Of a stretch of 64,000 bases of DNA, positions 52,428-64,000 are shown one piece after another. The first letter of the stretch is position 1. Each line of letters begins with the position of its first letter. A model generated the notes under the pieces. That model saw nothing but the letters and a program-made list of their open reading frames with translations, searched no databases and was not told the DNA's origin. The stretch is from Anaeramoeba ignava BMAN (Eukaryota > Protista > Anaeramoebae), in assembly GCA_028826165.1 (NCBI GenBank), contig JAPDFW010000126.1, forward strand, positions 1 through 64,000, in the 5' to 3' direction. The translations under genes were made by a program, and so were the position numbers.

Positions 52428-54337
52428 TTTTACTAATTAAAAAAAAAGACACAAAATTAAAGTAAAAAAAATAAAATAGAAAGAAAAAAGTGATCAGAAT
52501 AAGAAATAAAAATAAAAAATAATTAAATTATAAATAAAAAAACCAACTGGACAAAATTATCCGCGTTTCAAAATTTAAAAATTAATTTATTGAAGAAGTC
52601 AATTTATTTAAATTAAAAATAAAGATTTATTTTTATTTATTTTGAAAGCTTTAAGATCAAAATAAGGGGATTTTTGCCCACATAAATAAAAAAAAAATTT
52701 TATTTTAATTAAATTTAATTTTTCTTCTTTCTTTTATTTTTATTTTTTATTTTTCTTCTTTTTTTTTTTTTAATTTTTTTTTAATTCATTTTTTTTTTGG
52801 ATATTTTTTTTTTTCAATTAATAAATCTTTTTAATTAAAAAAAAAAATCAAATAATAAAAAAAAAATTAATGTGTGCATAAATAACTTTCTTTTATTTCA
52901 TTCCTTTTTAAAAATTGTAAGAGATTTACTTAATAAATATTTTTTATTTTCTTTTATTTTATTAACGATCAATTTAACAAAAAAATGAATAAAAATAAAA
53001 ATTTTTCAATTAAGATCCATTTAATATAAATAAGTTTAACTAAATTTAAAAAATAAATTAAAATCCACCTCAATATTTTTTTAATTTACTTCTTCTTTTT
53101 AATTAATTTTAGATTTAAATCTAAAAAAAAAATTCAAATCTTTATTCCAATTAAATTAAATCCAAATCCAAATTCAAATCAAATCCAAATATTTAAATTA
53201 AATCAAATCAAATCAAATTAAATCAAATTAAATTAAATCAAATTAAATTAAAATCAAATCAAATTAAATCAATCCAAATCAATCCAAATCAATCCAAATT
53301 AAATCAAATTAAATTAAATCAAATTAAATTAAATTAAATCAAATCAAATCAAATTAAATTAAATCAAATCAAATTAAATTAAATCAAATCAAATCCAAAT
53401 ATTTAAATTGAATTAAATCAAATCAAATTAAATCAAATTAAATTAAATTAAATTAAATTAAATTAAATTAAATTAAATTAAATTAAATTAAATTAAATTA
53501 AAAAATTTAAAAACACGTAATAAAAAGATCTTTCTTTTTTTTCTTATTCTTATTCTTCTTTCATTAGTTCAAAAAACAATCAACAATTAATATTGGCAAA
53601 TTCAGTTCTAATTTTATCAACAATTTAATTAGAATTTATTAAGTTAGTTAAAAAGAATTAGTTGGAAATATATAAAATGAAGAAATTTTTAAAAAAGAAA
53701 ATACCCTATTAAATTTAAAAAGAAAATATAATTTATAAAAGGAGAAAGATCTTTTAATTTAAAAAGAATTTATTTAAAAATTAATCAATACAAAATCTTC
53801 ATAATTTCTCATAAAAATTGGATATAAATCCGTTACATTTTATCAAATTTAAAAAAGTAAAGAAAGAAATTAATTTGTTTATAAATTAAATTATGTAAAG
53901 AAAAGGAAAAAAAGAAAAAGTAAAATTGATCAATAAATTAATTTTAATTTAATTTTATATTTAAATTTATAATTAAAATAATTGTTGATTTTAGTTATTT
54001 TGAAATTAATTTATAATTTTTAAATTTATTTATTTTATAAATAAATAAATCTTTATTTTTATTAACGGGGGCAAAATCCCCCATCAAAAACAAAAAGTAA
54101 ATTAAAAATCAATTCTATTTTTTAATATTTAATTTAATAATTAATTTAAAAATTAATTTAAAATTTAATTTAGTTTGTAATTTAAAATTGTTTTTGTTTT
54201 TTTGTTTTTGTTTTTTTGTTGAGTTGGTTTTTTTTAATTAATTTATTTTTTTTTATTTATTTTTCTGATCACTTTTTTCTTTCCATTTTTTTATTTTTTT
54301 TACTTTGATTTTGTGTCTTTTTTTTTAATTAGTAAAA

Positions 54338-57300
54338 ATGCAATTTATTAATCATATGAATGTTGATCATTTAAAGGAAACTTCAACTCAATTAAAACAA
54401 AAACCTGAAAATGCGATAAAACAAATTAACTTAGAATTTTATTGGATGTTTAAAGGAAAAGTTCAATTTGATGCTTGTAATTAATTTTCTAAATAATTTT
54501 TTACTTATTCCTTTTTTTTTCCCTTTTGTTTTATTTTTCTTATTTTTAAATGAATTTTGCTTTTTTTTTTTTTTATAAATTAAATTAGCATTTCATTTTG
54601 ACCAAGGAGTTGAAAAGATCAAAGCAGATAATCCAAAATCAATGGGTGGTCTTGGAAATGCGCCAAGTCCTTTAGCTTTATGTGTTTTTGGTATTTATTT
54701 TTTTGCATTTTTATTTTTAATTTTAATTTAATTTTCATTTTCTCCTTTTTTTTTTTTTAAATAATCTATTAATAATCTTAACAGCTTTTGCAGGATCTCT
54801 TGCTTCGTAAATATTTTATTTTATTTATTTTATTTAAAAAAAAAATTTTTTTTTTTGTTCGTTCTTCTTTTTTTCCTTTATAAAAATAACCCTAAAAAAA
54901 ATCAATTTAATTAATTACAAGTCATCAAAATATTAAATATTTAATTTAATATCTAATTTAATAATTAATTTAATAATTAATTTAATAATTAATTTAATAT
55001 TTAATTTAATATTTAATTTCCGTTACATTTTATATCTAATTTTATTATAATAATATTCAAATTTAATAATTAAATTAATTTTTTAAATTTAATATTTAAG
55101 GAAAAATATTTAATTTTAATATTGATCAATAATTTAATATTTAATTTATATTTTAATTTTAATTAAAATAATTTTAATTTTTAATTTTTTAATTTTTAAA
55201 TTTTAATATTTAATTTTAATATTTAATAAATTTAAATCCAATTTAATATCTAATTTCAAATATTTAAATTAAATATCAATTCTATTTTTAATATTAATTT
55301 AATATTTAATTTTTAATATTTAATTTAAAATTTAATTTAGTTTGTAATTTAAAATTTAATATTTTGTTTTTTTTATGTTAGTTTTTTTAATTAATTATTT
55401 TTAATATTTAATTTTAATTTTTAATTTAATTTTTAATTTAATATTTAATTTAGTAAATTGCAATTTTTAATTTGATTGTTGATCATTTAAATCCAATATT
55501 AAAACAAATACCAGAAATTTAATATTTAATTTAATATTAAAATTTAATTTTTTTAATATAATATTTAATTTAAATTTAATATTAAATTTAATATTTAATA
55601 TAATATTTAATTTATTTATAAATTTTGCTTTATATAATTAAAATATTTAATTTTAATATCAAAAGCAGATAATCAAATTTAATATTTAATATAATAATAC
55701 CATTTAATTTAATATGTAACCAAATATTTAATTTAATATTTTTAATTTTAATTTATTTTAATTTTAATTTTTAAATATTTTTAATAATTTAACAATTTAT
55801 TATTTTAATTTAAAATTTTTATTATATAATTTTATTTAAATCCAACCCAATATTCTTTTTCCTTTATTTTGGTTTAATATTTCAATTTAATAATTTAAAG
55901 TCATCAAAAATTTAATATAATTAATTTAATATTTAATTTAATTTTTGATTTATTTCAATTTTAATGAATTAATTTAATTTTAATTAAAATAAAATTTAAT
56001 TTAATATCTAATTTAATATTTAATTTAATAATTAAAATTTAATATTTAATTTAATATTTAATTTAATATTTAATTTAATATTTAATTTAATATTTAATTT
56101 AATATTTAATTTAATATTTAATTTAATATTTAATATTTAATATTTAATTTAATATTTAATATTTATTTTAATATTTAATTTTAATATTTAATTTAATATT
56201 TAATTTAATATCCAAATTTAATATTCAAATTTAATATTTAATTTAATATTTAATTTAATAATTAATTTAATATTTAATTTAATATCCAATTTAATATTTA
56301 ATTTAATAATTAATTTAATATTTAATTTAATATTTAATTTAATATTTAATTTAATATTTAATTTAATATTTAATTTAATATTTAATTTAATATCTAATTT
56401 AATATTTAATTTAATATTTAATTTAATATTTAATTTTTATTTATTTAATTTAATATTTATTTAATTTAATATTTAATATTTAATTTAATATTTAATTTAA
56501 TAATTAATTTAATAATTAATTTAATATTTAATTTAATATTTAATTTAATATTTAATTTAATATTTAATTTAATATTTAATTTAATATTTAATTTAATAAT
56601 TAATTTAATATTCAATTTAATATTTAATTTAATATTTAATTTAATATCCAATTTAATATTTAATTTAATATTTAATTTAATATTTAATTTTTTAAATAGA
56701 TCTTATGCAAGAACTTGTGCTTTAATGAATATTAAACTTAATAAACTTATTACAAGATGTGAAATTGATTTTGATTTTACAAGAATTACAGGACTTGATA
56801 TGCAAAAACCTCCAGCAACTCAAATCATCTTATCTACATCTGTATTTTCATTTGAAAACAAAGATAAACTTGAAAATGCTTTTAAAATAGCAAGAGAACA
56901 ATGTCCAGGAGTATTTTTAGCAGAAAATGCAGTTCCAGTAACAACACAAACAACAATTACTCAATACAAAAAAGTACCTCAAAAAAAAGGAAAGAAAATC
57001 AATCACATCAATTTAGATTCAGTTTACACATTCCAATCACAATTAAGAGCAAAACCACAAGAATCAATTAAACCAGAAATAGTAGAAGGAGCTTGGGAAT
57101 GTAATAGTGTTTCTGGTCCTCAATTCAATACAACTTTCATTGATGGAAAACCGCAATTTGGACTTTGGAAAACAGATTCAAGAAAAATGATGGGAGGAGA
57201 ATCAAGTGCACCATTTCCACTTCAATACTTTTTAGGAGGAATAAGTTGTTGTCTTTTAACTCATTATGCTTATGCTTCTGCTTTAAGAGCTTTAAGTCTT

Positions 57301-57579
57301 AAATCAATTGAAATTGAATCACAATTAGATCAAGATATTTCAAGAGAAATGATGTTAAATGAAAATCCTGTTGTTCCTAAAATGTCTTTTCATTTTGATA
57401 TTGGAACTGATCAACCCTTAAGTGTTGCCAAAGAATTAACTGAAGATTGTATCAGAAGATGTCCAATGATGTATATTTTATTGAATAAGTTTACAGTTAA
57501 AACAGATTTATACATCAATCAAGATCTTCCACCTTTAAAATTTGATACTGATGAAGATAAAAGATGCAATATGATGTGA
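54338..57579 (+). CDS. Tandem (double) OsmC-family protein with C-terminal CaaX, copy B; 4 exons, 380 aa
   Basis: Exons 54338-54476, 54589-54690, 54785-54806, 56700-57579 total 1143 nt in frame. Domain 1 has ADNPKSMGGLGNAPSPLALCVFAFAGS..QCP; domain 2 has TDSRKMMGGESSAPFPLQYFLGGISCC..RCP. Confidence 0.87.
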
Positions 57580-57740
57580 AACAATTTTCATTCCAATTTT
57601 CCATTTTCCAATTCCAAATCTAATTTTAATTTTCAAATCTAATTAAAAAAAACTTTAATAAAATTCTTCTTGTTTGGATTTCAAACAAATCTAAAATTTC
57701 ATTTTTATTTTTTTCATTTTTTTCCTTTCATTTTTTTTAA

Positions 57741-59762
57741 ATGAAAAATTATTCTTCTAAAAAACAAAAAGAAAAAGAAAAAAATTCACAATCTAAAATG
57801 AAAATTGATATTGTTAAAATGACAGAAAATGAAAAAGCAAGTCGATCTGCTTATAAAAATATAATTCAAAAAATTTCTCATTTTGAAAATCAAATTTTTG
57901 ATTATTTTTTTGTAATTGGAATAAATTTATCAAATGAATCTTTAGAAAAAAACGAGAAATTTCAACCAAAAATATTAATGAAATTTCCAGAAGACAATAA
58001 AATATTTGAAGATATTGAATCATTTTGTTTTCCAAATGGAATTGAAACCAAAAAAATGGAGAAGAATCAATTGAATGGAGATTCAACTAAATTAGGAAAT
58101 GAAGAGCATTTCATTTTTTCCTTAACAACACCAGAAGGAATTATGTTTGGATTTTGTGTTTCTGTTAATACCTTAGTTGGTGTTTTTCCTTCTTTTATTC
58201 CAAATATTTCACAATTTCAAAAACCAATCAAAAACTTGATTCAAACAAAAATTTGTTATTGTATTCTAAGCAAACAACCCTATTATAAATTGCAATTTGA
58301 TTTGATTCACTCACTTATTTTTTTGGAAAATCTTCGTTTTAAAACCTCATCATTATTTTCAAACCCAAAAATACAAGATAATTTTATATTTACTCTTCAA
58401 ACAAATCGAAGAAGTATTTCAAGTTCTTTTAAAGAATCCGATCTTGATTTGAACCAATTTACTAATATTAATCAATCTTATTTGCAGAACAATTCTGAGA
58501 ATGAATCAATGAATATTCTTGAAAAGTGTCATAGCATCAAATTTGGTTTCCAGCAAAATTACATTTCAATTCCTTTAGGAGAAAAATTAAAGAATTTAAT
58601 TTTCCAAGTTCCTAATCATGAATATAAATTATATGGGGAATGGGGAATGGAAATATTATTCACTTATCTCCATCCGTATCATATTATAACAATAATATCT
58701 GAAATATTATTAGAGCACTCTGTGATTTTTATTAGTGAAAATGCAACGCTACTTTCATCAGTGATGTAAATTGAAATCAAAATCAATATAAAAATTTAAT
58801 TCAATATTCAATAAATATCTTCTCCTTTTTTTAGTTATTCAATCCTCTCTTTAATCCACCCTTTTAAATGGCAAGGTGTTTTTATTCCAATTCTTCCTTC
58901 AAATTTATTATCATTACTTGATTCTCCAGTTCCAATAATTTCAGGAATTTCTCAAAAAGTTTCATTTTCTCCTAAAAATTCAGCATTTATTGTTTTTGAT
59001 ATTGATAAAGATATTTTAGAAACTATTCAAAACCGATTCTCAACACCAAAAAAGAATTCAACCGTTTTTGAAATTCCAAAAATTCCTCATTTTGATATTT
59101 TATTTAAAACTTTAAATTTTTTATCCTATTGTTTTCGTGCTAAAAATAGGACTCCATTAGAAAATAATTTATCTCCTCAAATACAAAAAAAACCAAGAGA
59201 AAAAAGAAAGTCTCACATTTTTGAAATCAATCCAATTATTAATTTCTCAGAAATTTTTATTGATGAAGAAATTTTTAATCTCAAAAGAATCCAAAAAATG
59301 AATCAAAATTCAAATCAAAATCAAAATTCAAATCAAAAAAATTCAAATCAAAATCAAAATTCAAATCAAAATCAAAATCAAAATGATTTCTCAAAAAAAA
59401 TCACTTCAATTTTGAAAGAATGTTATGAATCTATAACAAATATCCCAGATGATCCAAATTCAATTCATATCAAAAATCTAAATGATTATATCAATATAAA
59501 TTCAATTAAAATTTTAATTAAAAATACTTTGAAAATTTTTAATTTATATTATTCTAATATGTTTGAGAACTTTCGTGTTCATACTGCATCAGATATTTCA
59601 GATCCAAAAGATCCAATAATGATATTTATTAAAGAAAGCTTTTTGACTTCTCTTCCAAATTGTGATAAAGGTTTTATGGAATTATTTCTTCAAACTCAAA
59701 TGTTCCAAGTTTTTTGTGATAAAAGAATTAAAAAAGAGATTAATTTATTAACAAAAATTTAA
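57741..59762 (+). CDS. DENN-domain protein (putative Rab GEF); 2 exons
   Basis: Exons 57741-58765 and 58835-59762. FDYFFVIG, FCFPNG, FIFSLT..FGFC, CYCILS, LLEHSVIF, HPFKWQGVFIPILP..LLDSPVP, FLQTQMF. Confidence 0.9.
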
Positions 59763-60410
59763 AATTTCAAATTTAAAAAGATTTGTGTTCTTTGTTTCAA
59801 AAAGTGGATTTTAATTTTGATTTTTTTTTTTTTAACAAATTTTTTTTTGTTGATAAAATGTTTTCTTTTAAATTTTTTATTTTAATTTTTTATCCGATTT
59901 TAAATTTAATTTTAATTTTAATTTTAATTTTAATTTTATAAATGAATTTTAATTTTGATTTTCATTTTAATTTTCATTTTAATTTTAATTTTAATTTTAA
60001 TTTTAATTTTAATTTTAATTTTAATTATAATTTCGATTTTAATTTTAATTTTAATTTTAATTTTAATTTTAATATTAATTTTAATTTGAATTTTAATTTT
60101 GATTTTAATTTTAATTTTAATTTGAATTATAATTTTAATTTTGATTTTGATTTTAATTTTAATTTTAATTTTAATTTTGATTTTAATTTTAATTTTAATT
60201 TTAATTTTAATTTTAATTTTAATTTTAATTTTGATTTTAATATTAATTTTAATTTTGATTTTAATTTTAATTTTAATTTTAATTTTAATTTTAATTTTAA
60301 TTTTAATTTTAATTTTAATTTTAATTTTAATTTTAATTTTGATTTTAATTTTAATTTTAATTTTAATTTTAATTTTAATTTTAATTTTAAATTTGATTTA
60401 GATTTTAATT

Positions 60411-62638
60411 TTAATTTTGATTTTGATTTTCATTTTCGTTTTCATTTTCATTTTCGTTTTCATTTTGAAATATTTTTGCGGAAATTCTGGGTTTAGGAAC
60501 TGGAATTGAATTTGGATCAAAAGATTTCCAATACTTATCATTGATATCATAAGGATTTTTAGGAACTTGTTTAGAATCAATATCTGAATCGATATATGGA
60601 TCATTTAAATTTTTATTTTTAGTTTGATTTTGATTTTGATTTTTAATTTGGATTTGATTTTGATTTTTAATTTGGATTTGGTTTTGATTTTTATTTTGAT
60701 TTTGATTTTGATATTGATTTTGATTTTGATTTTGGTTTTGATTTTTTTCGTTATTTTCCAAATCAAATTCCATATCATAAGCAAATTCTATCAGATCTTC
60801 TAAATCAATTTTGATATTTTTTGGATCAGAGAAATATAAATCCATTTTTGGATATTGAATTTTGATATCATTTGGATCTTTTCCTGTTTCAAGAAATTTT
60901 TGAAATTCATTTTGATTTTGATCTTGATTTTGATTTTGATTTTGATTTTGATTTTGATTTTCAATTTGATTTGAATTTTGAATTTGATTTTGAATTTGAT
61001 TTAGATTTTAGATTTAGATTTTGATTTTGATTTAGATTTTCATTTTGATTTTGATTTTGATTTTGATTTTGATTTTGATTTTGATTTTGATTTAGATTTT
61101 GATTTTGATTTTGATTTTGATTTTGATTTTGATTTTGATTTTGATTTTGATTTTGATTTTGATTTTTTTGATTTTGATTTTGATTTTCAATTTGATTTTG
61201 ATTTTGATTTTGATTTTGATTTTGATTTTGATTTTGATTTTGATTTTGATTTTGATTTTGATTTTGATTTTGATTTTGATTTTGATTTTGATTTTGATTT
61301 AGATTTTGATTTTGATTTTGAATTTGATTTTGATTTTGATTTTGATTTTGATTTTGATTTTGATTTTGATTTTGATTTTGATTTTGATTTTGATTTTGAT
61401 TTTGATTTTGATTTTGATTTTGATTTTGATTTTGATTTTGATTTTGATTTTGATTTTGATTTTCAATTTGATTTTGATTTTGATTTTGATTTTGATTTTG
61501 ATTTTGATTTTGATTTTGATTTTGATTTTGATTTTTGATTTGATTTTGATTTTGATTTTGATTTTGATTTTGATTTTGATCTTGATTTTGATTTTGATTT
61601 TGATTTTGATTTTGATTTTGATTTTGATTTTGATTTTGATTTTGATTTTGATTTTGATTTTGATTTTGATTTTGATTTTGATTTTGATTTTGATTTTGAT
61701 TTGATCTTTGATTTTGATTTTTGATTTTGATTTTGATTTTGAATTGATTTTGATTTTGATTTTGATTTTGATTTTGATTTTCAATTTGATTTTCATCTTG
61801 ATTTTGATTTTGATTTTGATTTTGATTTTGATTTTGATTTTGATTTTGATTTTGATTTTGATTTTGATTTTGATTTTGATTTTGATTTTGATTTTGATTT
61901 TGATTTTGATTTTGATTTTGATTTTGATTTTGATTTTGATTTTCATTATTTTGATCTTCAATTTGATTTTCATTATTTTGATTTTCATTCAAATTTTGAT
62001 TTTTAATTTGATTTTGATTTTGATTTTTGATTTTGATTTTGATTTTGATTTTGATTTTGATTTTGATTTTGATTTTGATTTTGATTTTGAATTTGATTTT
62101 GATTTTGATTTTGATTTTGATTTTGATTTTGATTTTGATTTTGATTTTGAATTTGATTTTCATCTTGATTTTGATTTTGATTTTGATTTTGATTTTGATT
62201 TTGATTTTGATTTTGATTTTGATTTTGATTTTGATTTTGATTTTGATTTTGATTTTGATTTTGATTTTCAATTTGATTTTGATCTTGATCTAGAATTTGA
62301 TTTTGTGTTTCTTTTGAATTTTCATTTGAATTTTCTTTTTCTTTTTGTATTGGATTTTGTGCTTCTGTTGTTTCTGTTTCTGTTTTTGTTTCATTTTGTG
62401 TTTCTTTTGAATTTTGATTTGAATTTTGATTTGAATTTTCTTTTTCTTTTTGTATTGGATTTTGTGTTTCTGTTGTTTCTGTTTCTTTTTCTGTTTCATT
62501 TTCATTTTGTGTTTTTGTTTCATTTTGTGCTTCTTTTTCATTTTGTGTTGAATTTTCTTTTTCATTTTGTGCTTTTGTTGGTTTTTCTTTTTCTTTTTCT
62601 GTTTCTGTTTCATTTTGTGCTTTTGTTGGTTTTTCCAT
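60411..62638 (-). CDS. Low-complexity E/T/K-repeat and (NQ)n protein; frame broken inside the hexamer tract
   Basis: ATG at 62638 follows an Inr-like motif. Ordered sequence EFQKFLETGKDPNDIKIQYPKMDLYF..DKYWKSFDP lies at 60480-60910. About 1.3 kb of (aatcaa)n with indels lies in between. Confidence 0.5.
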
Positions 62639-62810
62639 TTTAAAAAAAAAATGAAAAAAAAAATGAAAAAAAAAATTGTTTTTTTGAAAGAAAAAAAGAA
62701 ATTTGAATAAGCATTTATTTGAAGAAGCAAGAGCAAAATTTAAAAAGAAAAAGGAAATTAAAAAGAAAAATGGAAATTAATTAATTAATTAATTATCAAG
62801 TTGATTTGCT

Positions 62811-63661
62811 TCACCAATTAAAGAAATGTTGAATAAAGAATTGGTCTTCTTGGTTTTTAATCCATTCCAATAAATCTTCACATTTTTTTAATGTTTCAGA
62901 TTTACTTATTAATGGTGAGAAAACTGTATAAAGTTCATAATCAGGTTCAAGTCGGCCAAGAACTGTTTCTGAATCACTTACACTAAAATTTTGAAATCAA
63001 ATATTAAATTAAATATTAAATTAAATATTAAATATTAAATATTAAATTAAATATTATATTAAATTAAATATTAAATCAAATATTAAATATCAAATCAAAT
63101 ATTAAATCAAATATTAAATTAAATATTATATTAAATTAAATATTAAATCAAATATTAAATTAAATATTAAATATTAAATTAAATATTAAATCAAATATTA
63201 AATATTAAATCAAATATTAAATTAAATATTAAATATTAAATATCAAATATTAAATTAAATATTAAATATTAAATATTAAACATTTTCTAATTACCGGAAA
63301 TATGTTTTGTTTGTAATACTTGATTTAAAACTTGCTAATCGTGTTCTAACTACTTCATATAATCGAAATAATCTTTTACGTTCTTTTGGTATTGTATAAG
63401 GTGGACTTACTTTAGGACAAACAGTTTGATGTGTTAAATTAATTTTGTAAATAAAATGGAGTAATCCATCAATTTTAACATCACCTAATAAAAAGAGAAA
63501 TCAATAAACAAAGAATTGAATTTTGAATTTTGATTTGAATTTTGGATTGAATTTTGAATTTGAATTTTGAATTTGAATTTTGTAAATATACTCATTGTAA
63601 ATTTTTCTGATTCTTGAACTGCATTTCTAACTTCATCTAAAACTTTGTTTTCAGTTAATTG
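62811..63661 (-). CDS. MON1: Vacuolar fusion protein MON1 (Rab7 GEF subunit), last three exons; 5' part outside the window
   Basis: Exons 63661-63592, 63484-63295, 62982-62811. LLHFIYK..PPY...ERKRLFRLY..ETVLG..YELYTVFSPL..LLEWIKNQEDQFFI fits the third longin domain. Confidence 0.8.
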
Positions 63662-64000
63662 CTGAAAAAGAAGAAGAAATTAAAATTAAAATTAAAAATT
63701 ATAAATTAAAAATTAAAAATACTTTAACAATATTATCATTAAAATTAAATATTGAACAATTCAAAATAATATTTGCTCAAATAATAAATTAATATAAATA
63801 TTAAATATTAATATTAAATATAAATAAATATGAGCAAATTATTAATCGAATATCAAATATTAAAATTGGTTAAATCCAAATATTAAATCAAATATTAAAT
63901 ATTCAATTCAAATATTAAAATCAAATATTAAATTAAATATTAAATTAAATATTAATTTTAAAATTAAATTTTAATTTTAATTTTAAATTAAAATTTTAAT

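Larger units (their letters stand above)
49289..57665. repeat. Inverted duplication with ~3.3-kb arms (49289-52550 and 54220-57665) around a ~1.7-kb spacer
   Basis: Exons, short introns and both flanks are reverse complements of each other. There are 3 aa changes (D/E, S/P, V/I) and several silent changes. Confidence 0.92.

Noticed and set aside
49289-57665. Transposon with long terminal inverted repeats
   Set aside because: The arms are an intron-containing host gene. I see no transposase in the spacer and no target-site duplication.
7100-62736. Many ORF-track entries such as (IK)n, (IL)n, (FN)n and (DF)n, and antisense ORFs over real genes
   Set aside because: These are stop-free frames of hexamer microsatellites or shadows of NQ/EN-rich exons. 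Many start at non-ATG codons or lie in introns.
18864-63661. Functional cluster of trafficking genes (syntaxin, DHHC, DENN, MON1)
   Set aside because: The genes are interspersed with unrelated ones and these families are large, so chance co-occurrence is plausible.
1-64000. tRNA, rRNA or other structured RNA genes; alternative genetic code
   Set aside because: No GC-rich cloverleaf or rRNA-like segments were seen. The conserved genes translate with the standard code and end in TAA or TGA.

Overview
Very AT-rich eukaryotic protist DNA, not prokaryotic. It has GT-AG introns often filled with microsatellite, (NQ)n tracts and ankyrin/BTB expansions. This style is most consistent with the anaerobic metamonad Anaeramoeba (inference). 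By manual exon stitching I find about 18 genes: a BTB-BACK protein (partial), a 5'-truncated and a full-length ankyrin-BTB gene, a UBA-UIM-USP25/28-like deubiquitinase, an LKB1/STK11-like kinase (2-bp frameshift, CaaX), an unknown N-rich protein, a syntaxin with a 4-kb microsatellite intron, a Ubl-LRR STK11IP/nischarin-like protein, a 9-exon Kelch-EDR1-Raf-like kinase, an intronless DUF3626-like gene, RAD23, DUS3, a DHHC palmitoyltransferase, a BFR1-like protein, two head-to-head copies of a tandem-OsmC gene, a DENN protein, an NQ-rich protein and the 3' end of MON1. Two nucleosome-sized satellites (~143 and ~153 bp units) flank the USP gene. The best candidate for something undescribed is the inverted-duplicated, prokaryote-type double-OsmC protein ending in a CaaX box. 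Other leads are the Kelch-EDR1-kinase fusion, the LKB1/LIP1-like neighbourhood, the DUF3626-like gene, and a parabasalid-type TCATTTT initiator in front of most genes. All family calls come from motif recognition, not database searches.
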